Origin: a virus
Taxonomy: Duplodnaviria; Caudoviricetes
Direction: 5' to 3' (one strand)
Virus record (IMG/VR): IMGVR_UViG_3300020045_001293
Coordinates: 1-34,690 of that record
Length of the DNA stretch: 34,690 nt
The notes under the pieces are model-generated. The model saw nothing but the letters and a program-made list of their open reading frames with translations, made no database searches and was not told where the DNA came from. This document shows positions 16,920 to 25,593 of the stretch, one piece after another; positions within the stretch are counted from its first letter, which is position 1; every line of letters starts with the position of its first letter. Made by a program: the position numbers and the translations under genes.

Positions 16920-17993
16920 ATGTCAATATTCTTGGATAAATTGTTTGTCGATAGAATACGGTTTCAACTTGATAAATTTGAATGGCAACGATCCGAGGTT
17001 GCCAACTTCCGTTGTCCATTATGCGGGGACTCTGCCCGCAACCAAAACAAGAAGCGCGGATATTTCTTCCCAGATCATACACATGATTGTTTAATTTTCA
17101 AATGTCATAACTGTGATGAACAATCTGGCTGGTCTTTCCAATTCTGGTTGATGAAATTTAATCCAGAAGTGTATCGTGAGTATCAGTTAGAATTGTTCAA
17201 AGAAACAGGATCGGGAAACAATCTTTCAAGGAAGGAAGAAGCGGCTCTTATTTGTGCTCCAAAAGGAACGACCACCAAACGTATCATGGGTGTTAGTAAA
17301 TCCGCGGAGATTCTTCCTCGCTCCGTGTTAGAGCACTCTATACGCCTGAGAGACCTACCGGACACGCATTTTGCTAAGGAATATATTCTCAGGCGAAAAC
17401 TTCCGGAGTTTGTTTTGGATCTGTTTACATTCACCGAAAATTATCGTGATTTTATTCAGGGAATTGGGATACAAGACGAAGAACTAATTCAGAAAGCACC
17501 GCATGATGCTCGAATTATCATCCCTCTGTTATCGGAGACCAAACAGTTGATGGGTTGTCAGGGTCGTGCTCTTGACAAAGATGCGTTCCTTCGGTATGCT
17601 ACCAATAAATTGGATGAAAACTATCCGAAGACTTTTGGGATGGAGCGGTTAGACCGAACCAAAACCATTTTAGTGGTTGAAGGTCCGATTGACAGTTGTA
17701 TACTCCCCAATTGCGTGGCAACCGCAGATTCAAATCTTTTGAAATTTGATTGTGATGGAATTTACATCCCCGACAACCAATACCGTAATGAGTCTATCTG
17801 TAAGGTGATTGAAAAAATCATTGACTCCGGTAAGCGGATTTGTTTGTTCCCGCCTACGGTACATGCCAAGGACATCAACGACATGGTAGTTGATTATAGT
17901 ATGTCTAGAAAGGATATTGTTGGAATTGTAGCACAGAATACATTTCAAGGTCTGAAAGCGAAGATGAGATGGGCGGAATTGAAAAAGGTCTGA
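16920..17993 (+). CDS. gp61 DNA primase
   Basis: NFRCPLCGDS...KRGY, FKCHNC zinc domain, QGRAL, VVEGPIDS (TOPRIM) and KDINDM. Confidence 0.95.
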   Translation: MSIFLDKLFVDRIRFQLDKFEWQRSEVANFRCPLCGDSARNQNKKRGYFFPDHTHDCLIFKCHNCDEQSGWSFQFWLMKFNPEVYREYQLELFKETGSGNNLSRKEEAALICAPKGTTTKRIMGVSKSAEILPRSVLEHSIRLRDLPDTHFAKEYILRRKLPEFVLDLFTFTENYRDFIQGIGIQDEELIQKAPHDARIIIPLLSETKQLMGCQGRALDKDAFLRYATNKLDENYPKTFGMERLDRTKTILVVEGPIDSCILPNCVATADSNLLKFDCDGIYIPDNQYRNESICKVIEKIIDSGKRICLFPPTVHAKDINDMVVDYSMSRKDIVGIVAQNTFQGLKAKMRWAELKKV

Positions 17994-18009
17994 TTTCTCA
18001 GACCTTTTT
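17982..18009. terminator. Bidirectional intrinsic terminator
   Basis: aaaaaggtctga-tttc-tcagaccttttt. Confidence 0.9.
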
Positions 18010-18011
18010 GT

Positions 18012-18182
18012 TTACCATTCTAATGATTCTATATGACAACGTTCGATGTGGTAATATTTCGGAGATTTCAGATTGTCTCTGGCTGTTGTAGCCTTTTCCT
18101 TTGAAGAATACACCGCTAATTGACCGTTGATCTCTATGATGCCATCATCTTCATCACAAATCGCATAAAATTTAGAAGTCAT
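18012..18182 (-). CDS. Small hypothetical protein, 56 aa (MTSKFYAICDEDDG...IESLEW), below the ORF-track cutoff
   Basis: TAATG overlap with the upstream ORF; ends right at the terminator. Confidence 0.7.
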   Translation of the reverse strand: MTSKFYAICDEDDGIIEINGQLAVYSSKEKATTARDNLKSPKYYHIERCHIESLEW

Positions 18183-18457
18183 TATTTATCTCTCTTTGGA
18201 GTTGGGAAGGAAGTTGATTCTATAACCGCATCGCTGTTGTTATGCCTAGAACAATCGTATCCAGTTGCTGGGATATCGACTTGTACGCATTGCGACGTAG
18301 CGTATCCATTTAGAGGAGTAGAATTCTGCACCCGTACACAGCTAGACTGATCATAATAAGGGCCCATCTGAACAGGAGGTCTATAACTTTCTGGTCCTGT
18401 TATCAAGAACCAGACCGTGATAAATGTATTGACTAACATTTGAATTCCTTCATTCAT
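18182..18457 (-). CDS. Small hypothetical protein with hydrophobic N-terminus and three Cys (possibly exported)
   Basis: MLVNTFITVWFLI...; AAGGA precedes the second Met. Confidence 0.65.
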   Translation of the reverse strand: MNEGIQMLVNTFITVWFLITGPESYRPPVQMGPYYDQSSCVRVQNSTPLNGYATSQCVQVDIPATGYDCSRHNNSDAVIESTSFPTPKRDK

Positions 18458-18974
18458 TTATGATTTTGTAATGTTTGACGCGTTCTTTTTCTTTGAATTT
18501 CAGATACCGTGACGTCATATCCAAAATGATTTGTTTCTGTGTATGCGGTAACGATGACAACTGTTCTGGTCTTGATATGTGCAACAGGCCCAAACAACCA
18601 AATGTTTCAGGAATAGTATCACACGCGGATAACAATTCTTCCATTCCTGGGAATTCAATCCACAGTTTTCGGTGTTTGTCCTTGATCATCAATATGAAAT
18701 TTCTATGCCAACCAGCATCTTTGAATGGATTTACAACTATAGATTGAAAATCCATGTCTGAGTCGTATTCCCAGATCGTGAATTCTGAAGAATATTTTCG
18801 GAAGATGTTCCACATTGATCTGACTCTATCATCACTCGGGTATAGGTCGCGATAATGCCACATGATGTCAGAGTAATTCCCAACAAACTCCTTCAGAAGT
18901 GCGTCATGGGATTCTCTAACGGAAGGAATGATTTCCTTTGTATTGTGAAAGATTCTTGATAGAAATTTATACAC
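18450..18974 (-). CDS. Hypothetical protein
   Basis: GTG start with SD GAGGA; 174 aa. Confidence 0.7.
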   Translation of the reverse strand: MYKFLSRIFHNTKEIIPSVRESHDALLKEFVGNYSDIMWHYRDLYPSDDRVRSMWNIFRKYSSEFTIWEYDSDMDFQSIVVNPFKDAGWHRNFILMIKDKHRKLWIEFPGMEELLSACDTIPETFGCLGLLHISRPEQLSSLPHTQKQIILDMTSRYLKFKEKERVKHYKIINE

Positions 18975-18986
18975 TAAAAATCCTCA

Positions 18987-19349
18987 TTATCCGATTAACA
19001 GATGTTTGTTAGCTGAAAAGTATTCTTCAAAAATTCCGGCTTCCATTTTTAATGTGAATTCTTCAGAAGGATCCATATACAGTGTATTCGACCCATTACC
19101 ATACCAGTACATAGATGGAAATTCGGTGCATTCCCCGCCAGAAATGGTAGACGGTAATAACTCCGCGCAATCTTCAGGGACTAGCAGTGTGATATCACGG
19201 TCGAATATAGTGATATTTTCTTTACCGATAACATTTTGTAAAAATGGGACGATATGGCTTTTGACGTATTGAATATTGGGAACACGTTCGAACTCGATGG
19301 ACAGATCGTCAACATTTAATTTGAAATCTTTAGTGTTATAATGTTTCAT
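18987..19349 (-). CDS. Hypothetical protein (probably early)
   Basis: SD GAGGA; downstream of an early-type promoter. Confidence 0.75.
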   Translation of the reverse strand: MKHYNTKDFKLNVDDLSIEFERVPNIQYVKSHIVPFLQNVIGKENITIFDRDITLLVPEDCAELLPSTISGGECTEFPSMYWYGNGSNTLYMDPSEEFTLKMEAGIFEEYFSANKHLLIG

Positions 19350-19404
19350 GATTCGTTTCCTCTTAGGATTGATGGTTAAAAGTTATCTCCTAACCGATGA
19401 ATAG

Positions 19405-19434
19405 ATTATAGCTCAATCACTTTGAAAAAGTAAA
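19405..19434 (-). promoter_or_regulatory. Early sigma70-type promoter GTTTACT...TATAAT
   Basis: Minus strand reads gTTTACTttttcaaagtgattgagcTATAAT, similar to the T4 early promoter -35 GTTTAC. Confidence 0.7.
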
Positions 19435-19441
19435 CTGTGAT

Positions 19442-20023
19442 TTAAAGTTTTTCCTTAATTTTTTCCGCTATGATCTTTTTCATCATTTCTATCTTGGGAG
19501 CAGCCTTCTTTCTAAATGCTTTCTTCATCTTGTCTTCATACGTTCTCTGAGCTTTCATCTCTTGGACACTGGCAGCTGATTCTGGTTTCAGTTGCTTCTC
19601 CGTCCATATAACGAAATTCCACCCTTCACGCTCACACAATTCTCTAGCCGCTTTCCACTTAGCCTGATTCACGACATACGTCGCCACCTCACGCATGAAC
19701 ACATCTTTACGTTTTCCTTGCTTCTTCTCCGGTGGTCTGGTTTCAGCATCTGGTTTTATTTCAATCAACGTGACAACAATTTTCCCTTCTGAATTTTTAG
19801 TCCATATTTTCAAATCCATGAAATACCGGTGCATCCTTCCGTCTATCGGGGAGATGTAAGGGATGATCGTTTCTTCAGAGTGCCATTGAAGAACTTTCGG
19901 GTTGAGATCACAGAAACGAAATGCGACCAGCTCCCATGAACTTCTGTATGTCGCGGAATTGGGGTCTCCGCTGTATTTCTTAGGATTTTCAAGTTTGTAT
20001 TTGCCTTGGTAATACTGACCCAT
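19442..20023 (-). CDS. gp4 head completion nuclease
   Basis: YQGKY...NPKKY.GD, YRSSWE, W.SEE..IPY, HRYFMD, EIKP and VNQAKW.AA. Confidence 0.93.
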   Translation of the reverse strand: MGQYYQGKYKLENPKKYSGDPNSATYRSSWELVAFRFCDLNPKVLQWHSEETIIPYISPIDGRMHRYFMDLKIWTKNSEGKIVVTLIEIKPDAETRPPEKKQGKRKDVFMREVATYVVNQAKWKAARELCEREGWNFVIWTEKQLKPESAASVQEMKAQRTYEDKMKKAFRKKAAPKIEMMKKIIAEKIKEKL

Positions 20024-20040
20024 CTTTCGAATGCCTCAAT

Positions 20041-20046
20041 TAAATA
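20041..20046 (+). promoter_or_regulatory. Putative late promoter core TAAATA
   Basis: 30 nt upstream of the baseplate operon. Confidence 0.5.
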
Positions 20047-20076
20047 TTTGAAATCTCCGTATAGGGTTACATAAGC

Positions 20077-21069
20077 ATGTCTTTGATCACAAATCTCATG
20101 GGCGGATCTTTGCTATCAAAGACTAAGTCCAATTATGCAAAACTCAAAGGATCATCAGGTTCATTATCTGGTGGTTCATTCCCTAATCAGATTGTATACC
20201 CTTCTGGGTTGGTTTCTGGACATGAAGGCCATGGCCATTTCATATTGTTCAACATTAATAGATTGACTTCTTCAACATACCAAGATAAAACCCCAAACTC
20301 TGAAAATGATATCAAGGCTGGAACATCATCCGGTAATAAACCTGTATTCTATGATCGAGGCTACACCATTCAAAAACAATTAGGCGGTGAAGGTAGACAC
20401 AAGCGTTCTAACCAATCGATAGCACTCTCTATGCCTGATGCTGTTTCAACTTCATACGGTATAGATTGGACAGCAACCGAGCTCGGGATGTCGGGTAAAC
20501 TGGCTCGTGAGATTGCAACATATGACCAAAACTCCTTGAACGATATCGCAAATGCTTTCAAAGAAGGATTGAAGAACACTGTAACCGGTGCAGTTGAAAG
20601 TCTGACTGGGATAGACGTCAAACAAACAGCCGAACTCTACACAGGAACGATACAAAATCCATTTTTAGAAGTACTGTTCAAGGGTGTAAGGACTCGCGAT
20701 ATCAGTTTTGAATTCACATTCCTTCCTACAAACGAGAGTGAATCTAGAACTGTGGCTGAGATCATCCGACGTTTCAAATTTCACTCGCACCCTGAATTCA
20801 AGTATAAAGAAAACGACTCATCTTATTTCTTATATCCATCGACGTTTGATATCACATTCATGCGATTGGTTCAGGGTAGCGCGGAACGAAATGCATATAT
20901 GCACAGAATCATGACGTGTGCGTTAACTGGGATTGATGTTGACGAAACTCCATCTGGGTTCAGTGTCCATGCTGATGGTTCTATGGTGGCGCGTAAAATG
21001 AGATTGAACTTTATCGAACTATCTCCGTTGCGCAAAACAGATTTCTTAGACTTGGGAGATTCATTCTGA
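20077..21069 (+). CDS. gp48-like baseplate tail-tube cap
   Basis: YP, I.L.MP, NPFLEVLFKGV..R...FEF.F.P, II..FK.HSHP, YP..F.I and CALT.I.V. Confidence 0.88.
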   Translation: MSLITNLMGGSLLSKTKSNYAKLKGSSGSLSGGSFPNQIVYPSGLVSGHEGHGHFILFNINRLTSSTYQDKTPNSENDIKAGTSSGNKPVFYDRGYTIQKQLGGEGRHKRSNQSIALSMPDAVSTSYGIDWTATELGMSGKLAREIATYDQNSLNDIANAFKEGLKNTVTGAVESLTGIDVKQTAELYTGTIQNPFLEVLFKGVRTRDISFEFTFLPTNESESRTVAEIIRRFKFHSHPEFKYKENDSSYFLYPSTFDITFMRLVQGSAERNAYMHRIMTCALTGIDVDETPSGFSVHADGSMVARKMRLNFIELSPLRKTDFLDLGDSF

Positions 21070-21614
21070 TGGATATTCTAACCATGTTACCCACTCGGTG
21101 GATTGAAATTGACGGAGTTGAATACTCTGTTACCAATGTCACCGCTGTGATCAACCTGTCTAAGACGATGTTGGCTAGCAAAAGTCTATTCCTAACATAT
21201 ACAATCCGTGATTATGAAACCCCGAGGGATATCGCTTCGCGCTTATATGATGATGGGTCTCTGTATTGGGCGATTATCATGGTCAATGAAATCACCAACA
21301 TCGTTCGTGATTGGCCGAAATCAAACGAACAGATCTATGAAAATCTGGTTAATGAATATGGATACGAAGGTGTCGATGAGTTGGTAGCGTATGTTGACCC
21401 AAATGGTAACATCGTTGATTTAAACGGGATTCGTCGTCAATATCAACTGGGTTCATCCAGTGATAACGAACTGGTTGAAAAATTCGAATTGTCGACTGTC
21501 ACTCGATTAGAAATCGCTGAGATTGAAAATGAGGCTAAACGCAATATCAGAGTTATCGATCCATCGTACATATTAGAGTTTCAAACTACTGTCAGACAGG
21601 CGTTAGCATCATGA
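21069..21614 (+). CDS. gp53-like baseplate wedge subunit (LysM-like)
   Basis: YTIRD.ETP..IA..LY.D..LYW.I..VN, DWP and E..NEAKR.I.VI.P.YI. Confidence 0.88.
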   Translation: MDILTMLPTRWIEIDGVEYSVTNVTAVINLSKTMLASKSLFLTYTIRDYETPRDIASRLYDDGSLYWAIIMVNEITNIVRDWPKSNEQIYENLVNEYGYEGVDELVAYVDPNGNIVDLNGIRRQYQLGSSSDNELVEKFELSTVTRLEIAEIENEAKRNIRVIDPSYILEFQTTVRQALAS

Positions 21615-22816
21615 CAAAAACAGACCAAGGGTTCAGTCCAGATAACAGCGTTGACATAGATGTTATTCGATTAGAACTGTACACAAAAGAAGTTGTTGAA
21701 TTGAAGAACAACTTCCAAGAGTTGAACATCTATTGCAGTATGTTCACTGACGGGATCACGGCTACCCTGATTTTCAATGACAACGCTAACATCACCAACA
21801 ACGGACCTATCTTGGGTGGTGAAAAAGTGTTCGTTCGTTGGAAGTCACCGATGTGGCCAGATTGGGAAGAAATGATGTTCAAAGTCGATCGCGTGGGTGG
21901 GCGCGTTCCGACAACATTTCAATCTGCCGTGGTGATGCTACATTTAGTGAGTCAAACATTCTATGATGCATTAGCGTATAACCCATCAAGAGGATTCAAG
22001 ACTCAGTATTCTACTGTTGCTCTGAAATTGTGGGAGTCGGCTAAGTTTGAAAAGGAACTCAAATCGGATCCATCCTTCGGGATTAACACGATCGCAACAG
22101 CAGAGAATAAATCAATCCTGAGCACTATCGATTGGTTAGCGACAAGATCAAAAACAGCTGATGGTTTACCATTCGTGTTCTTTGAAGATATCGATTATTT
22201 CAATTATGCTTCTTGGTCTAGAATCCTCAAACAGACTGAATCTCATGTCACTCTGGTACATCAACCTCAGATGACAGAAGAGACTCCTGAAAAGGCGTTT
22301 CGAAATATTCTTTCAATCCAGTTCGACGGGAATAGAGACGGCGGGGAGTTTTCACTGCTGGGGTTAGGTGGTTGTAATGAGACCATCTATGATCCACTAA
22401 AGAAGACTACCTACCTGAATTCTAGAAGTTTTGAAAAATTCTCCAAACAAGTGCCTCGTCTAGATAAAGGTGTATTGACATCCAAAGTCGAAAAAACCGA
22501 GATGAGACGATTTTGTCTAGCCCAATACGACGGCTCACAAGATACCGCATTCAACCGCGCTGCGTTGAATTATGCATTGAAAAACAACTCAATCAACATC
22601 GTAACATACGGGGACAACCGGATGAGACTGGGTTCTATCGCCAAAGTGAACCTGATGAGTATTCAGTTACAAGATAACCCTGAATTGATTCCTGAGAAAT
22701 TCTTCAACGGTAACATGTTGGTCACAGATTTGAAACACACAATTCGTCCAGGAGAATATAGACTGTATTGGAAACTAACCAAAGAGTCGTATTCTGAAGA
22801 GGTGACTGTAAGATGA
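21611..22816 (+). CDS. Baseplate hub protein (gp27-like)
   Basis: ELNIY.SMF...IT, GPILGGEKV, FVFFED, G..R..LG and FFNG.MLVT.LKH; synteny with gp53. Confidence 0.7.
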   Translation: MTKTDQGFSPDNSVDIDVIRLELYTKEVVELKNNFQELNIYCSMFTDGITATLIFNDNANITNNGPILGGEKVFVRWKSPMWPDWEEMMFKVDRVGGRVPTTFQSAVVMLHLVSQTFYDALAYNPSRGFKTQYSTVALKLWESAKFEKELKSDPSFGINTIATAENKSILSTIDWLATRSKTADGLPFVFFEDIDYFNYASWSRILKQTESHVTLVHQPQMTEETPEKAFRNILSIQFDGNRDGGEFSLLGLGGCNETIYDPLKKTTYLNSRSFEKFSKQVPRLDKGVLTSKVEKTEMRRFCLAQYDGSQDTAFNRAALNYALKNNSINIVTYGDNRMRLGSIAKVNLMSIQLQDNPELIPEKFFNGNMLVTDLKHTIRPGEYRLYWKLTKESYSEEVTVR

Positions 22817-24543
22817 GCGAACTAACATCCATCGCCACTGAGATCCAGCGTAAGAAGCAACAAGGGATTACGTTGGGTGATATTGACGCGATTGTAAAGA
22901 GATTAGAGGGAGCGCGTTCCAAGGAGCGCGTAGATCCTATGAAGATGGCGGATGTTATTGCTAAGAGCACTGCATCTGCTATTACTTCTTCTATTCCAAA
23001 ACCTGGAGATATATTGGGAGCATTGGTTCGAGCTAACCCGATGTTGTCTATCACGGGATCTATCCTCGGCAAATTTAAATCTTCAATCGAATCACTAATG
23101 GGTCAGTCACAAACAGAGGATAATAGCTCTGAAATTGATAAACTGATTGCAGAGGTTCAATCCCTTCGGCAACACGATGAAGAAACGACTGAATCATCAA
23201 CTGATGAACTAATTGATTCTAAGAAAGAGCAATGGGATGATTTCACAATGTTGTTTGACGAGTTGTTAGAAATCCAAAAAGATATCCGACATCAGTTGTA
23301 TTTCTTCAACGATGTTGTCACTGAAAGAACACGCGAAGAATCGTTAGCTAAACTGAGATCAATGGATACTGCAGATGTTCCCGCGCTAGATGACACCTCA
23401 CTAGGCTCCAGCACTGATGAATTGCTTCAAGATATTATTGAAAATCAGCAAGATGACATGCGCCAAGACATGGCATTGGGGTTGAAAGGTATCGTCAGCT
23501 CTTTGCTAGGTGGATTAGCAGGTATGGTCGGAGGATTCTTTGCAGGTGGTCTTGGTGGTATTTTAGGGAAGATTGGACGAGGAGCCGCATTCCTCGGGAA
23601 GTTTGTCAAGATTGCTGGGTGGATCGGGTTGCTATACGGCGCAGCTGAACAACTATACGAAGGATTCCAAGGGGCAGCTGATTTCTTTGGCAAGAAAGAC
23701 GTGTCTCTATTCGACAAAATTCGATACGCGGCAGTCCATCTAGTGTCGTGGATTCTAGCTCCTGTCGATTGGATTCTTGAAAAAATTACGGGTGAGGACG
23801 CAGACCTTAGAGGTAAATTCGAACATGTCCTCATCGACCTCCAAGACTCTCTGATTGGTTATATTGTGATGTTCAAGGATTGGTTAGTTGAAAAATATGA
23901 CTGGTTGGTTGGTACACTATCAGATATGATGCCTGATATAGATGTCGAGGCTATCAAGAACATGCCCGCAGAAGCATATAATCGGATGGTGCAATTCTTT
24001 GGCGATACGTGGCAGGCATTGGTGGACTTCGACATCCCAGGAAAGGTAAAAGATTATCTTTCTGAAAAATGGAATTCTGCTAAGGGATTCTATGACGGGT
24101 TGATCGATACTATCAAGAACTTTTTCAAAGAAACGGTCAATGGATTGTTGGAATCTATCGCTTCGACTTTGGAAAAGAACGTTGGGTTTGGTGTAGGTGA
24201 AGAACTGGCGTCGACACTTCGTGGCTTGAAAATGTCTGATCAACCAGAGATGGAGAAAGATGAGACTAACGGGGGATCTGTGTCTGGGCCGATCACACAG
24301 CGTTACACACCAACACGGGAAGAGATGGCGGAGATTAATGCTCAGGTGAATGGATTACGCGCTCCGTTGCCTACAGCACCGCAGGCTTCTAATTGGGCAG
24401 CAACTAATCAACCAACACAACCGATTGCACCACAAATTATTGCACCACAAATGAATGCACCTGTGACGAATAACACCACGCATATCACGACGAAGATCCA
24501 AACATTCAATCCGATGGGAAGACAATTGGTCCCGAACTTCTAA
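22813..24543 (+). CDS. Tape-measure / gp29-like hub protein
   Basis: Helical, with a Gly-rich hydrophobic centre, W/F periodic repeats and a P/T/N-rich tail; follows the hub gene. Confidence 0.7.
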   Translation: MSELTSIATEIQRKKQQGITLGDIDAIVKRLEGARSKERVDPMKMADVIAKSTASAITSSIPKPGDILGALVRANPMLSITGSILGKFKSSIESLMGQSQTEDNSSEIDKLIAEVQSLRQHDEETTESSTDELIDSKKEQWDDFTMLFDELLEIQKDIRHQLYFFNDVVTERTREESLAKLRSMDTADVPALDDTSLGSSTDELLQDIIENQQDDMRQDMALGLKGIVSSLLGGLAGMVGGFFAGGLGGILGKIGRGAAFLGKFVKIAGWIGLLYGAAEQLYEGFQGAADFFGKKDVSLFDKIRYAAVHLVSWILAPVDWILEKITGEDADLRGKFEHVLIDLQDSLIGYIVMFKDWLVEKYDWLVGTLSDMMPDIDVEAIKNMPAEAYNRMVQFFGDTWQALVDFDIPGKVKDYLSEKWNSAKGFYDGLIDTIKNFFKETVNGLLESIASTLEKNVGFGVGEELASTLRGLKMSDQPEMEKDETNGGSVSGPITQRYTPTREEMAEINAQVNGLRAPLPTAPQASNWAATNQPTQPIAPQIIAPQMNAPVTNNTTHITTKIQTFNPMGRQLVPNF

Positions 24544-24547
24544 AACA

Positions 24548-24577
24548 AATCAGGAGCCTAAATTGGCTCCTGATTCT
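24548..24577. terminator. Bidirectional intrinsic terminator
   Basis: aatcaggagcc-taaatt-ggctcctgatt. Confidence 0.85.
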
Positions 24578-24766
24578 TTATGCTAATCTTGTTCCCGTCG
24601 GGCGGTTGGATTTCTTCGGTTGTTTAGAAAAGATGATGAATGCAAATAGAGACGCCGCTGCTATACCGCAATACACCCAATCCTGAACACAAACACCGTA
24701 GAACCCACCGAAGAACGTTGGTAACAAAATCGAGTATGCTGCTCCGCGTGTCATATACAACCCCAA
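24578..24766 (-). CDS. Small two-TM membrane protein with basic tail
   Basis: Two hydrophobic stretches followed by KQPKKSNR; own promoter upstream. Confidence 0.6.
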   Translation of the reverse strand: MGLYMTRGAAYSILLPTFFGGFYGVCVQDWVYCGIAAASLFAFIIFSKQPKKSNRPTGTRLA

Positions 24767-24791
24767 TCAAATAAATGTTTCATTGAGATCC

Positions 24792-24819
24792 ATTATACGG
24801 ACGAAGATTGAAAAGTAAA
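24792..24819 (-). promoter_or_regulatory. Early sigma70-type promoter TTTACT...TATAAT
   Basis: cTTTACTtttcaatcttcgtccgTATAAT; shares TTTACTTTT(T)CAA with 19405-19434. Confidence 0.65.
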
Positions 24820-24827
24820 GCTGAATC

Positions 24828-25163
24828 TTAATCTTCCAGACGTAAAATCTTTTTGATTTGTTTTTCACCGAAAGTAACAGCAGATTCCAAGTCAAACCAA
24901 TTTGATTTATTATCAGGATCTGGGCCTGAACTTGTCACGTTCAAATGGTATTGAGGGCCACCTTCTGAATAACCTTGCTCACGCGGAGTGGTAAGGCGAA
25001 TCTCGGCAGTCGCAACATCAGAATGTTCAGCGAATGAAAAATATACGCTGCTGGTGCCTTCGAGTTCAAACAATTCAAACTCTGGTTGTAATATTTCATC
25101 CACTTGGTCGCGTAATGCTTCCAGACTGAATACGCTTTCTACTTCCGGAAAATCTTCCATCAC
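24828..25163 (-). CDS. Acidic hypothetical protein
   Basis: SD GGAG; about 24 D/E against 8 K/R in 111 aa (hand count). Confidence 0.75.
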   Translation of the reverse strand: MMEDFPEVESVFSLEALRDQVDEILQPEFELFELEGTSSVYFSFAEHSDVATAEIRLTTPREQGYSEGGPQYHLNVTSSGPDPDNKSNWFDLESAVTFGEKQIKKILRLED

Positions 25164-25189
25164 AATATCTCCAAATTCATAGTCTCGTC

Positions 25190-25297
25190 TTATTTAACGG
25201 AACATGATGTTGGTTCGTTCATTGAAGAAGCAATTACGATATCCCCGACAATGACTGTTAGAACAACCAATGCGGCAGCACCAATAATGATTTTCAT
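25190..25297 (-). CDS. 35-aa single-TM peptide (MKIIIGAAALVVLTVIVG...), below the ORF-track cutoff
   Basis: SD GGAG upstream; fills the intergenic gap. Confidence 0.6.
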   Translation of the reverse strand: MKIIIGAAALVVLTVIVGDIVIASSMNEPTSCSVK

Positions 25298-25314
25298 AAC
25301 CGCTTCTCCAATTA

Positions 25315-25593
25315 CTAATGAAATTGTTCCAATTGTTTGACCAGTTTGAGATCATCTTGAACTGCTCGTTGGCAAACAGATTTGTCAGTGATACATTCTT
25401 GAACGATTAATTGTTCTGTCATTGAGAACGTGTTGTTCAGATCTGCCCAATTAGATGTCACTTCGGTGTTCAGAGATATATTTCGTTGGACTCGATTGTG
25501 TTGGATCTCACTACCTAGATTATGCACTGTTGTGAGCACCATACACACTATGAGAAAAATAATTTTGAAGTTGTCTATCATCACATTCACCAT
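25315..25593 (-). CDS. Hypothetical membrane-anchored or exported protein
   Basis: N-terminal hydrophobic segment and a C-x6-C pair; overlaps the gp52 stop. Confidence 0.65.
   Translation of the reverse strand: MVNVMIDNFKIIFLIVCMVLTTVHNLGSEIQHNRVQRNISLNTEVTSNWADLNNTFSMTEQLIVQECITDKSVCQRAVQDDLKLVKQLEQFH

Noticed and set aside
24424-24452. 14-bp tandem repeat attgcaccacaaat
   Set aside because: It is a simple coding duplication (IAPQI/IAPQM) in a low-complexity tail, not a CRISPR or regulatory repeat.
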